Of a stretch of DNA of 64,000 nt, positions 15,201 to 27,965 are shown one piece after another. The DNA is from Saccostrea cucullata. Lineage: Eukaryota. The notes under the pieces were generated by a model. That model had not been told where the DNA came from and ran no database searches. It was given only the letters and a program-made list of their open reading frames with translations. A program made the translations under genes and the position numbers. Numbering within the stretch: the stretch's first letter is position 1; each line of letters starts with the position of its first letter. The DNA lies in contig NW_026929981.1 in NCBI RefSeq assembly GCF_032062105.1, forward strand, positions 186,001 through 250,000. Reading direction: 5' to 3'.

Positions 15201-18200
15201 GTTTGTCTGACTTTTCCTTTTCTTCTTTTGTACCCCCGCGATAAAATAAGGATCCAGAAACTGTGCATGACGCTGCGATGATAATTCCCTCTAACCCAAC
15301 ATTTGAGTCAATTGCATCATGGGTAAGAACTCCTAAACTTGGTTCAAATGGAAGTTTTGCAATCCACTTTCCCAATGGAGATATTTTTCCATCTTCAATA
15401 GCTCCAAGTTTATTCAGGTGTTGAAAAGCATTTGTCATTGACACTTTCTCTGGAGCCTGCACAAAGTCAAATTCTAATGGATCAACATTTAGTTGCAAGA
15501 GCTTCAGAATTGCATGACCCAAATGTATTTTCAAAATTTCTGGCACAGATGTTGGGCACATGATGTCGTAATCTTCCTTTGAATAAAGTCGATAACATTT
15601 ACCAGGGCCTGTTCTTCCAGCTCTACCTTTCCTCTGGTCAGCAGAACTTTTGGTAACTTTCACAACACGCAAGGAACTTACTTTCTTCTTTGGATCATAC
15701 AAAAGTTCTTTCACAGCCCCGGTATCAACTACATATTTTACACCAGGTATTGTTACTGATGTTTCAGCTACATTGGTGGCAAGCACAATTTTTCTCTTCC
15801 CTTTAGGAGGATCCTTAAATACTAAATTCTGCTCCTCTGTTTGAAGCTTACCATGTAGAGGCAAAATCCAGTGATCTTTTCTTCCCTTCAACAAGACATC
15901 CAGTTTCTCTGCACACTGTTCGATTTCTGCTTGGGATGTTAGGAAAACTAAAATGTCCCCAGATGGTTCCTTTCTGTGAATTTCTGCCGCTTTCTCGATA
16001 GCTTTGATCTCATAATCATCAACTACTTCTGCACCTGATGAAGGAATTAACCAATCAATTTCAACTGGAAACATCCTTCCAGAAACTTTAAGGACTGGAC
16101 AGAATTCGGGTCCTCCAAAATATTGCACAAAAACATCAGGAACAATTGTTGCAGAGGTAATAACCACTCTAAGTTCTGGTCTCTGTGGCAAACACTTTTT
16201 TATCATTCCAAGCAAAAGATCAGTATATACACTCCTTTCATGAGCTTCATCAATCACAATACAGGAGAAATTCATCAGTAGTGGGTCTTTTAGACACTCA
16301 TTCAAAAGCATATGATCAGTCATGTATAATACTTTTGTTTGCTTGTTCAGCTTTGCTTTCATACCAGTTTGATAACCAACAAGATCTCCTACATTTACCT
16401 TTAATTCAGATGCTACTCTTTGTGCCAGGCTCATTGCTGCTACCTTACGTGGCTGTGTACAGATGATTTTTCCAAGTGAACTTAGCTCAGACTCCAAAAT
16501 GTACTGCGTTATTTGTGTACTTTTGCCAGAGCCAGTTTCTCCAAGAATAACAGAAACTTGATTATTAAGAATTGTATCAATAATTTGAGTTCTTTTTGCA
16601 TAAATTGGCAATGCCTGTTCTAGTCTTGTACATTCCACATCAAACTGTTTCAATAATGAATCTAATTCTTTTTGTTGCATGTTTCCAGCTTTTAGACACT
16701 CAATTTTTTGGATAGTTCCAGACAGGAATGATTTGAACTCATTCTGTTGTTGCTCAAGTTCTGTGATTTTATCATTCAGAGCTTTTTTCTCGGCCTCTCT
16801 TTGTTCGTGAAGAGAAAAGTTGGTAAATTTTACTTTTTTCTTTGATGGTGCTTTGCATAAACTGGATATTTGGCCCTGTGTTTTTCTTTCTTTATCCTGG
16901 TGTTTTCCTAATACTTCAACAGTTTTTTCTTTGATATATTGCATCTTTTTGCTTATGTCCACTAGCTTTACTTTGGGAACAGTTTCTTTTTTAAAGTGGT
17001 ATCTAAAGTTTAACTGCAAACTATTTCTTCTCAAGCAACTTTCAAAGCTTTTGGCATTTACATCGCTTTTGAAAACCAAAACAACAGTCGTAATCTTCGT
17101 TTTAGGATTATTTTCAAATGAATCAATTCGAAATTGAACATCTGACACAATGCCAACGAGATGAGACAACAAATCATTCTCACCCTCTAATTGTTTCAAA
17201 ATGGTGAAGATGTATTTGACTGTTTCCTTGTCAGAATTTTGCTTACAAGCAACTGTTTCCACAGATTTACCATCTGTTTGATTACCACTCTCTCTTTTTT
17301 CTTCCTTATAGCCTTCCTCAGCTACTTGTTCTCCCATTTCTGTTTTTCTTCCTTTTAACTCTTTGTTCAAACTCGTTCGTGTTTTAACCTTGCTAATCTT
17401 GTCACATTTAGATTTCTGTTTAGTATTTGACTCCTTTGAGAAATTGGTATCTTTCAATGTGATAATTTCGCCTTCAAGGAGACAATTCCGCTTGGTTTTC
17501 TCTAGTTCCTTTCCTGGGTAAGGCGATATAACCTCTTTAACTCCTCTTGTTTCATTTTGTTTGCTGATATCTTGGGCTACTTCTATATCTTTGGCATGTA
17601 GTACTGTCTTACTTTCTTCAAAGTTATAAGTTGAAGTCCCTGCTCTTTCTTTGCTTGCATCACTAACTGGTGCATCCCCTTTGTCAATATTATCCATTAC
17701 TTCCTCTACATCATTAGATCTTTCGAATGAATTTTCATTCTTAGTTGCAGCTCTTGCAGTCAAAGTGCCATCATTAAATACGACAGGACTTTGATCCATT
17801 CCTACAGGGTGTTTCTCAGTCAAACTGATGGTATGTAAATCTGTTTCCATATCATGTTGGAATATCCATTCTGGTTTGTGAGCACTTGCAATTTTGGTTT
17901 TGCTTTCTTTGCATTTCTCTTTTATGTTAGCATTTCTACTTTCCTGCATTGCCCGTCTAAATTTCAGTTTTGATTCTTCTACCTCAATAGGTGACATGTT
18001 TGTTTCAAAATCAGAATTTCTTTTTTTAATTTCTCTTACTTTGCTGCTCATTTTTTCAATGTATTTGAATGAATTTTTCTTCTCTTGTTGCTCAACTTTA
18101 CTTTCTTTGTTTTCACTCTCATTAGCAACAGTTTTATTTGCATTCCCATCTTTTAACGTAATATCATCATGTCTTTTACCATAAGTATTTTTAGCTATTC

Positions 18201-20236
18201 CAGTCGCCTTTGGCATATCCTGACATTCAAAATCTTCTACTTTTTCTAAATTGGCTTCTTTTGTGGTGGATGACTGTTGCCTCCCTTTATATATGTCCAT
18301 TTCTTCTTTGTCCTCTGAAGATTTTTCTCTTGCTACCCTGTAAACCATTGGAATGATTGTGTCTCTTTGAGAAAGTTTGTTTTCTTTAATCTCTTGTAGC
18401 TGACCAATGAATAGAGGTGCAACAAATTCCACATGGTTTCTGCTGTCAGATCTTCTTTCATCACTTGAGTTGCTAAGGGGTAAGTCCTTCTTGTCTGATG
18501 TTTTCATATGATCATCATGAGATTCCTTCATTTCTAATAATGTTTTCTTCTCATCAAGTTTCTCAATAGATAGCATTTTGCCCAGATCTCTATATCCTTT
18601 TTCATCTTTTGACTCAGTTGTAAGTCTTTCCTTCAGCTCTTTAACTTCTTTGAAAAGAAAGCCTTGATGGTTTTCTTTCTTCTTTGACATTGTTTCCTCT
18701 CTTTTGTCAGACTGAGGTAAACACTTACTTTCCTTTTTTGTTTTACTGTTCCTTGCCATTGCAATACAAGCTCCTTCATTCCCAGTTTTGTGTCCTTCTT
18801 CTGTTACAAGTTTGCTTTCAGTTGTCTCTTTTACATCCATCCATTTTATTGTAACCTTTGGGAAATCTTTCCAACCATCACAGTTTCTTTGACCATCTTC
18901 ACTCCAGTATTTAGTCTCTGATTGTTTTTCTTCAACATCTTTATTTGTAGGCCTACCTTTCATTGAATATCTGAAATGAACATTTTCATTTGGGAATATG
19001 TGTACTTGTTTTTCATTTTCTTCATATGAACCATTAATTTTTCTCTCTTTTTCATTGTAACTTACAACTTTGCCATTTGATCTAAGATCATCTTGAAATG
19101 AACTGATTCTAGTACTTTGGGATCTTTCTTTTTTTTCAGTAGATTCATATATCCCATTGTCTTTCCTATGTAAACCTTGCATAAGGGACACAGATTCTGT
19201 AGCTGTATTTCCTTCTATAACATTTGAAAAAGCTCGAGGCTTCCTTGTGTGAAATGTAGTTTGGTCACAAGGAAATTTATTACATTTATCTTCAGAGCTT
19301 TGGATGGACGAAGGCTCAGATAACTGTTTTTCATACTTCTTATAAGGTTTATTCAAATTATCTACTTTCTCTGTGTTTCTACAAGGTATCTCTGACAGTT
19401 CGGATCTATACTTGGAAGAAAGAAATACATCTGCATTTTTTTGGCTACAATTAGATTTTCTCAGAATTTCCTTTTCTTCCAATTTTTCAATTGCTCCTGT
19501 TGTTTGCTCATTTGGTTTGATAAAATGTCTGTCACTTAATCTCCTTCTTTCCCTCAATGGGTAGGCTGGATACCCTGTTGAGTATTTCAGATTTGGTGAG
19601 TGTTGTGCTGATGATTTATACACATTACTTGGATTATAAGCAATCTTTACTCTCTTCAACTGTTGGAGATATTTTCAAAACAGTTCCATCTCTTTGCCAA
19701 GTTCTAATCATTCCTTTTGTAGATTGAAATGTACTTTTATCACCAGAAGGAGTGCTTTCTCTAAGTTTATCTTCTATGCTTTGAAGTTTGGAGGAAGAAT
19801 GTTCAGGTTTCTGTATTCCATACTTCTTGGAACAATTTTCATAAAAATTATTTACTATCTCTGTGTCCTCACCAGATCTCCTTAAAAAATCTGATCTGTA
19901 TCGAGAGGAAAGTAATACACTGGCATCTTTTTGGCTATAATATGATTTTCTGAGAATTTCTTTTTCATCCCAATTTCCAGTAGCTCCTGTTGCTTGCCTT
20001 TTGGACTCCATTAAACTATTATCATTTGTACTCTTTCTTTCCCTAAGTAAAGAGTCTGAATACCTTGATGTGTGTTCCACAGCTAATGTAGGAGATGAGG
20101 GCAATCCATGCACATTCCTTGATTTATAAGAATCCATGCTTCTTCTTTCTACTGAAGGAATCCTCACATCAGTACCAATTCTTTTTGTTGGATCTACTGG
20201 TCTTGCTGCCTCTTCTTTTGTTGTAGTTTGGCCCAT
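12222..20236 (-). CDS. Paralogue A: DEAH-box RNA helicase-RRM/KH-RBR E3 ligase (DEAH11/12-like), ~2670 aa after correcting two 1-nt insertions (~19641, ~15065)
   Basis: Helicase motifs GETGSGKST, CTQPRKVAA, DEAHER, SAT, LATNVAETSVTIPG, QRKGRAGR; OB-like MHPSS; RNP1 RGFGFVEI and RNP2 LFVTGL; RING1 CGIC...CGHPYCRDC, IBR CITPDC, RING2 CPNC...GGCQHMECRDC. Three ORFs join in register (8015 nt minus 2 = 2671 codons). May instead be a recent pseudogene. Confidence 0.88.
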
Positions 20237-20389
20237 TCTGTTTACTCTACAATAATTAAATTGTCAACTGATACAAATTCATCTGAAAAATTTTATTAGA
20301 CTTTTAAAACATTTGAATAAAATTATATTACAATGCTTCAAATAATGGTATTTCAAATTTCTTTGGTCATGCCATAAACTTAAAGTGAA

Positions 20390-21408
20390 ACAAGATGTGT
20401 TTGTGAAACACTATGCGCCCGGCGGCAACAAAGTTCAAAAAATCTATTTTTAGCATATTGATCACAGTCAAGGTCACAAGGTCATTGATCATAGTGTCAT
20501 TCGAAAGAACTTAATCAGTGGAGTATGCATACTAAATATGAAGTCCCTATCTCCTATGGTTCAAAAGTTATGGCAAAAAGTGGAAAAAGCTATTTTTAGC
20601 ATATAGGTCACAGTCAAGGTCACAAGATCATTGACCTTGCCGTCGTTTGAAAGGACTTTATCGGTGGAGTATGCATACCAAATATGAAGTCCCTATCTCC
20701 TATGGTTCAAAAGTTATGACAAACAGTGGAAAAAGCTATTTTTAGCATATAGGTCACAGTCAAGGTCACAAGGTCATTGACCTTGATGTCATTTGAAAGG
20801 ACTCTATTAGTGGAGTATGCATACCAAATATGAAGTCCCTATCTCCTATGGTTCAAAAGTTATGACAAACAGTGGAAAAAGCTATTTTTAGCATATAGGT
20901 CACAGTCAAGGTCACAAGGTCATTGACCATGGTGTCATTTGAAAGAACTTAATCGGTGGAGTATGCATACCAAATATGAAGTCCCTATCTCCTATGGTTC
21001 AAAAGTTATGGCAAAAAGTGTAAAAAGCTATTTTTAGCATATAGGTCACAGTCAAGGTCACAAGATCATTGACCTTGATGTCATTTGAAAGGACTCTATT
21101 AGTGGAGTATGCATACCAAATATGAAGTCCCTATCTCCTATGGTTCAAAAGTTATGACAAACAGTGGAAAAAGCTATTTTTAGCATATAGGTCACAGTCA
21201 AGGTCACAAGGTCATTGACCTTGATGTCATTTGAAAGGACTTTATTAGTGGAGTATGCATACCAAATATGAAGTCTCTATCTTTTATTGTTCAAAAGTTA
21301 TGGCCAAGGTTAAAGTTGACAACAGACAAACAGACAAACAGATAAACAGACAAACAGACAGGACAAAAACAATATACGCCCGGGATCTATCGATCCGGGC
21401 GCATAAAA
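20390..21408. repeat. Helentron-associated element with ~6 tandem 146-bp units
   Basis: GCTATTTTTAGCATATAGGTCACAGTCAAGGTCAC at 20589, 20735, 20881, 21027, 21173; (GACA)-rich tract and terminal hairpin CCCGGGATCTATCGATCCGGG. Confidence 0.85.
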
Positions 21409-22316
21409 AGACCAAATGTCATCACATACCCTTTTGTCATCAATAAAATTTGTACTTTTGTCTAAATCTCATTTTATCAAATGAATGTCATATCTACCGG
21501 TTGTGCGGTTTCTCATTAGTACTACCTAATAGACAGAACAAAATATCTCTAAAATTCGAATTATTTCCTTAACATATCCTAATACTATCTGTTGACATAA
21601 TGGTTTCTCATTGACAGCAAATATTCTAGTAATCGGTGATATTTAAGAGCAATGAAAATAAAAATTTACAATAGATATTTGTAATACACATTTGCCCCCC
21701 CCCCCCCCCCCTTGTATACCACATTTCATTTCTGTATGGGCAATCTCTGCAAAGAAAATGAATGGAAACTGTTAATAATTGAAATTTCCAAGTCCAAGGG
21801 GAATAACTGTCAAAAATTGCTTCATCATACCCAAAACAAAACCTGTTCTGGATATTCTCATGATAATAAGTATGTCAAATTTCATTTCAGTATGTGCAAC
21901 CTTTTACAAAGAAAATGAATGGAAACTGCTAATAATTGGAAAATTTCAAAGTCCAAGGGGCATAACTCTGTCAAAAATTGCTTAATTGATCCCAGACCTT
22001 GAATTAGACATTCTCATGAAAAGTCTGAATACAAAATTTCATTTCAGTATGGTACAACCTCTAACATGACCAAGAAAAAAAATTCACAGAACCTGATGGT
22101 GGACATCAGGTGTACCAACAGAGAGACAGACAGAAGCAAAGCAACATGCCCTCCCTTCTTTAAAGGGAGCAAAAGAGGGGCTTAATGTCATTTGTTGAAT
22201 GTCAATATCTATACCCTCTGGTATCATAAAAACTTTATTTCAAGATGGTAAATCAATGATTAATGAAGCACTTCAAAAAATTCTTGTATATCAATATCAC
22301 ATTATCATAATTTGTC

Positions 22317-22317
<1 letters not shown>

Positions 22318-22378
<61 letters not shown>

Positions 22379-22433
22379 TGTCGTCGTTGTCGTCGTCGTC
22401 GGCGTAAACTTTTCACATTTTCATCTTCTTCTT

Positions 22434-22471
<38 letters not shown>

Positions 22472-23281
22472 AGTATCCTTAGGTGAAGGGGATTCAAATT
22501 TGTTAAAATAAAGGGCCACACCCACTTCCAAGGGGAGATAATTATGAATTAGTGAAAAATTAATGGCATTTTTAAAAAATCTTCTTCTCAAGAACCACTG
22601 GGCCTAGAGAGATGAAACTCATGTGGAAGCATCCTCAGTTAGTGTAGATTCAAGTTTGTTCAAATCATGACCTCTGGGGCTAGGGTGGGGCCAAAATGGC
22701 CGACCAAAGTTTTACATATGAATAAATAGGAAAAATCTTTAAAAATCTTCTTCTCAAGAACCACTGGGCAAGAAAGATAAAACTCATGTGGAAGCATCCT
22801 CAGGTAGTGTAGATTTAAGTTTGTTCAAATTATGACCCCCGGGGCTAGGATGGGGCCAAAATGGCCAACCAAAGTTTTACATAGGAATATTTAGGAAAAA
22901 TCTTTAAAAATCTTCTTCTCAAGAACCACTGGGCCAGAAAAGATGAAACTCATGTGAAATCATTCTTAGGTAGTGTAGATTCAAGTTTGTTCAAATCATG
23001 ACCCCAGGGGGTAGGGTGGGGCCGAAATGGCCGACCAAAGTTTATATTGGAATATATATTGTAACCTTTGTAAATCTTCTTTTCAAGTACTTCAAAGCCA
23101 TGATTAGTGATATTTATATGGAATTATCCTCAGCTAGTGTAGATTCTAGTTTGTTCAAATCATAACCCCCTACAACCCCCCCCCCCCCCCCCACTTCAGT
23201 AAACTTTCAGTTCTGATCTGATATGTGACTTTTCCTAGCCAATGTTCTCAGGTGAGCGCTGTGGCCCCTGGGCCTCTTGTT
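22318..23281 (+). mobile_element. CvA/pearl-like Helentron-associated element with ~166-bp internal repeats
   Basis: Starts TTTTAGCTCACCTGAGCCGAAGGCTCAAGTGAGC, (GTC)n tract, repeated AAAATCTTCTTCTCAAGAACCACTGGG, ends CAGGTGAGCGCTGTGGCCCCTGGGCCTCTTGTT. Confidence 0.85.
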
Positions 23282-23976
23282 TTTATTATTATTGTTCTTG
23301 AAAAAATGTTTTAAACTACATATACTTCTTGCAATAAACTGATCTTAACCTTCTTATATAACAACAAAAAGTACATCTATAATACATGATGTCTACTGCA
23401 TCAACATTTATTTTACAGACATGTACTCATAGAGTATATACCAGGGTAAGTAAAATTAATGTCAAAGGATGATAATGTTTGGAATATATTATAGACAAAA
23501 TGTCTGAAAATCATGCCAATATAATCAGTCTTATTACAAACTGAATTTCAAAAATATCAACCTTTCATTTTGAACTTTTAATCATGTTTATGTGGGGAAA
23601 TACTCTGCAACTGATACAGGGATACTGGACCAAAACAGTATGGATGATTTGCAAAGCTTAATTTATAGATTTGCAACATTCCAATACATGTACTTTTTTC
23701 AATGAATTAAAACTATTTACTGAAATTTGTTTCAGATCAAAATAAATTAATATTTACATTTCCAAAAGATTTCCCCTATGATTCTTTACAAAATAAAATG
23801 CAGTTCATTTTCTCATGAACTACATCACATATTTACCACAATAAGCATGAATATCTCCATTATTACATCATAATACCGCACTTGACGTCAAAAAATACAG
23901 TGCAGACTGTTTTGCTTTAAAAATGACAGTTGACTGGCGAAAATTTACAGCAAGTCATCAGAAAAATAATGTAATA

Positions 23977-24139
23977 TAAGAAATGAATTTAATTTTTGAC
24001 GATTCATAAGGTATATGAACTACAACGCTTCATGACGGCATATTTATCATGAAGTGCTAACGCGCTTCATGAAAATTTGCCGGCGTGAAGCATCGTAGTT
24101 CATGACCTATGAAACTTCAAAAATTAAATTCATTTCTTA
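23977..24139. mobile_element. ~160-bp palindromic MITE
   Basis: TAAGAAATGAATTTAATTTTTGA...TCAAAAATTAAATTCATTTCTTA; arms pair nearly to the centre. Confidence 0.75.
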
Positions 24140-24256
24140 AATAACACTTACTTAATACATTGACTGGTGATGAAAACAGGAACTCAGTAAGGAATATTCA
24201 AACAAATGTTTGCCTTGTACAACCATAACTGAAAATAAATTAGGTATACATTAAAG

Positions 24257-24821
24257 CAGGGTTCGACATTAACGTTAGTCCGTTAGTCTCAGTCTAACAC
24301 ATTTTCATTCGGACTAATAAAAATTATAGCTAATCAGTCCGAACGGACTAATAAAGTTTTCTTGGAAGAAAAAAAGAATTTACCGATGTTCAAATCTTTG
24401 ACAACTTTCTCTGGAAAACCCCATATTTATTTTTAGCTTTCTAGCTTCTTGGCGGGAAGTTAATTAATTCTGAGTCAATTTGGAGCTTAATTTAAGGACT
24501 CATCGGTATGAAATTAAACATTTTAGTGATCATGATTTAGTATGTCACATAAATAAAGAAAGATGTCGGATGTTTACATGTAATCATGTAAAGAGAAAAC
24601 GAATGAGATCGGGAATATGATCGTAGTTCCTGATTGTGCGATTTCAACGAATTCTTGGTATTAACATTTCATGCTTTGTTTATTTCAAAAAAGTACATTG
24701 CAACATTAATTCTGTTTATTTTTATTTTTGACGGACTAATAAAATTGCCCACGGACTAGTAAAAGTAAAGAAGCACTAGTCCGGCCGGACCAAAGCCTAA
24801 AAATGTTAGTGTCGAACCCTG
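24257..24821. mobile_element. Non-autonomous TIR DNA transposon, 5-bp TSD TAAAG
   Basis: TIRs CAGGGTTCGACATTAAC / GTTAGTGTCGAACCCTG; TAAAG at 24252-24256 and 24822-24826; subterminal CGGACTA repeats. Confidence 0.85.
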
Positions 24822-25333
24822 TAAAGAGAAGAAAGTTAAGATCTCTATCAAATGATAAACATAACAAAATATTTATTATGCAGATAAGATAATCATTTGC
24901 TCTATTTGAGGATGCTTAAAATTATATTTATATTTAGATTATATTAGAGTACTAAGGCTAAAACAATTCACCAAAATATAAATACTATTCTATATAATTC
25001 CTCAATTTAATTTTTCAATTTACAATCTACATTTTTGGTGTGATACTTTTTTTTAAAACATAATCAGGTTTGATTACCTCTTGAAATAGATTGGGTTTGA
25101 CCTCATTTTAATTATTTTAACATTCACAAGGGAGAAAATCATGACCAACCTAGATGGAGATCGAGTGTTTCAGAGCACTACTAGTATTGACATGAACAGA
25201 GTGCTTGTTTAAACTACAGAAGCAAATTTTCAAATAGTGGTCTTCATTGAATCACCATCTTTTACTTGCCTTTTGAAGAATGAAGACATAATCTTTTTAA
25301 CCTTTACCAAAACGTACCCACTCTTACCACGGT

Positions 25334-25443
25334 TACTTGGGTCTTGGTTTATTAAATATGTATATGTACCTTATTGTTATGTAAAAAAAAACAATTAACA
25401 TATCAATAAGGTACATACATATTTAAAAAACAAGACCCAAGTA
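25334..25443. repeat. 110-bp inverted repeat (hairpin)
   Basis: TACTTGGGTCTTG...TAAATATGTATATGTACCTTATTG pairs with CAATAAGGTACATACATATTTA...CAAGACCCAAGTA. Confidence 0.8.
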
Positions 25444-25494
25444 GTCAGGTAGTATACCTGTGACCCGAACTTGTGAACAAATTTACTATTTTAC

Positions 25495-25745
25495 CTGTTT
25501 ACGTCCATCGGCATTGTTTTTACATCAATTATTTCATCACTTGGTCTATGAACAACTGCAGTTGTCATTTGAAGACAATATGTTTCATGTTTTCTGAAAT
25601 ATATATTTACGATTCTACGAAAATGGCGTACTTTCGGTTTCTCTTCCAACGGCCAAATTCAATCGGCAATCCTCGGCTGACTCCGCTCCGCTCCAGAGGC
25701 ACGAGTCATCCGAGGAACTCCGAGTCATAAATTTGGCGGGAAACG
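25495..25745 (-). promoter_or_regulatory. Putative promoter and first exon of paralogue A with ISRE/IRF-E
   Basis: Donor CAG|GTAAAA after 25495; GAAACCGAAAGT on the minus strand at 25630-25641; locally CpG-rich; E2F-like TTTGGCGGGAAA at ~25732 and YY1-like AAAATGGCG at ~25620. Confidence 0.55.
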
Positions 25746-26944
25746 TCACGGAAAATTGCTGGGCGCGGATCAAAAATACTTAACATCTATCCTTATGACT
25801 GTTATAAATAAAATCGCACTTGCATGTTGTCATTTACCTGTATCAATTTTATTTTAAAATATTAAAATGTTTAAAAACATATACCTATAGGCAGCCACTC
25901 GAAGTTATTTATCTTTTTTTTCAGAATAGGAGATCCATCACTTGAGACCAACAAAAAAAAAATCAGTTTTATAAACCGTGACATTAAGCTTTGCTGGCAT
26001 CATTTTTCTGCCCTCTATATTCGGAGATAAATTATGTTAGCATGCAAAAAAAAATATCAACACATAAGACAAAAATGTCTACATGCAAGAATATATTATG
26101 TTAGTATGCAAGTCACAAGTCTTAGATCAGAGAATATAATTTTAAGTTGGACAAAGTATACTTACTTCCAGGGTCCGATCGAGATCATACATTCAAGATG
26201 TAACAATTATATTGACATTTATTTAAACATGCAAATTATTTATGTCAATATACATGTACAAGATATAATAAGTTGCATGTCAACATATAGATATCTCGCA
26301 TGCTGAAGTTAACATAATTACATCTGTACATGTATCTAAGATATCCTGGGCTTTTATGCATCAGTTAATCGTGACTTATAATTACATGTAGATTATTTAT
26401 CATTCTGTTTATTATAACTTCACGAACTGTGCAGTTGAATATTTCGTACCTGTCCTGTGTTAAATTAATTCTTTGGTAAAATATGTTTACAGGAACTTCG
26501 ACAGATATTCGCCCAAATGCACTCGCAATCTATATATATATATACGTATTTATAAACAAAATTAAAGTGATTATGAGTAACACAAAGACACGTTCTATTC
26601 TCTAAAATTAAATGCTTACTTTTCTGTATATTATTGTAGTTCTCCGGACATGACCACAGTCACATTTTGATGTTAATGACTTCCGCCCTTCCCGTTTTTT
26701 TTTTTTTTTTAAAGAAGCTGTATTATGCATATAACAAAGCTTTTCACACAACTTTTAATGCTACTAGCTGTTCACTTGCATAGAGAGTTCTAAAGAATTT
26801 TCTCTCCATTTACCTGTGATATCCGAATCTTTCATCCTACGATTCCCCTGAAGAACATTTTAAAAATCCAATTCTACACGAATGTCCATGTCAAAATGTT
26901 CACATAATTTTTTTCTGGTCCAGAGTTCAGAGATTTCATTTTGT

Positions 26945-27370
26945 TTGTATGTTGTTTGACGTCCCCTTCGAGTATTTTTCACTCATGTGGAGACGCCACC
27001 ACTTGCCGATGGAGAGCTGCAAAGTTTGTCCACAGGCACCTGACGTTACTAATTTATATTTAAATAAAAAATATACCCCCTATATATGATAATAAACTAG
27101 GTAGGGGTATATTTTTTTTATTAAAAGAAAAATAAGTAATGTCAGGTGCCTGTGATTTTGTCCTATATTCGGCACTTACGACCATTGAACACTGAGGGAT
27201 CTTTTTCACGCCAACATCTACTGCAATATAGGACCTCGGTTTATACGGTCTCATCCGAAGGACCGGTCTCCACGTCCCACAGTGGAATTCGAACCCGCGA
27301 CGTAAGGATCAACTCCTTTCTCCGGGACTCTAGATCGAGCGGACGCTATACACGTAACCACTGCGCCATA
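26945..27370 (-). mobile_element. tRNA-derived SINE
   Basis: Minus-strand A box TGGCGCAGTGG (~27358-27368) and B box GGTTCGAATTCC (~27283-27294); (AAAC)-like tail at ~26945; interrupted by the insert at 27031-27154. Confidence 0.7.
27031..27154. mobile_element. 124-bp palindromic MITE nested in the SINE
   Basis: CACAGGCACCTGACGTTAC...GTAATGTCAGGTGCCTGTG; near-TSD AGTTTGTC/ATTTTGTC. Confidence 0.75.
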
Positions 27371-27965
27371 CTGGCGACTTCAGAGACTTTAAAATTATCT
27401 TTAATTTACCTATGTTTGTTTTCTTGATTATTTCCACCTATGATGAAGGACAGACCAAACCATATTCCCTTTACCAAAGGACACACTGTACCATGTTTTT
27501 TGAAATGTTAACAGAATTAGAGATAACAACGACAACAGAGTATACAAAAGACATTTCATTCAGAAAAGCTTTTGGGCAATAAATTTGAGCAATAAAGCAA
27601 AGTTACAATGGTCAATTCATTGCAATACCGCAAAATGCATCACTTTGAAAATCATGAAGATACATTTTAATATGCTTTATTTTTAAATGTTTACTCATAT
27701 TTACAAGTGCATACAGCATGCTTTCTCGCTTACAAGTACATCTTAAGAAAAGTTTTTGCTGTTATCACACCACAATAACAAAACACTCATATGAACCCTC
27801 TATTTTACAGCAACCTGTTCAAAAGATTATTTAAGAATAAAACTTTTTCATCAACATGATGTGTAATTAAATTTCTTACATCTCACATCAACATTTTTAA
27901 CACATTCATTCATAATTTTTGAGCTGTGTTTATAGATTTAATAACACACCGAAATGTGTTTGTTG

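Noticed and set aside
27283-27370. tRNA gene
   Set aside because: A and B boxes are present but there is no cloverleaf; they continue into a SINE body and tail.
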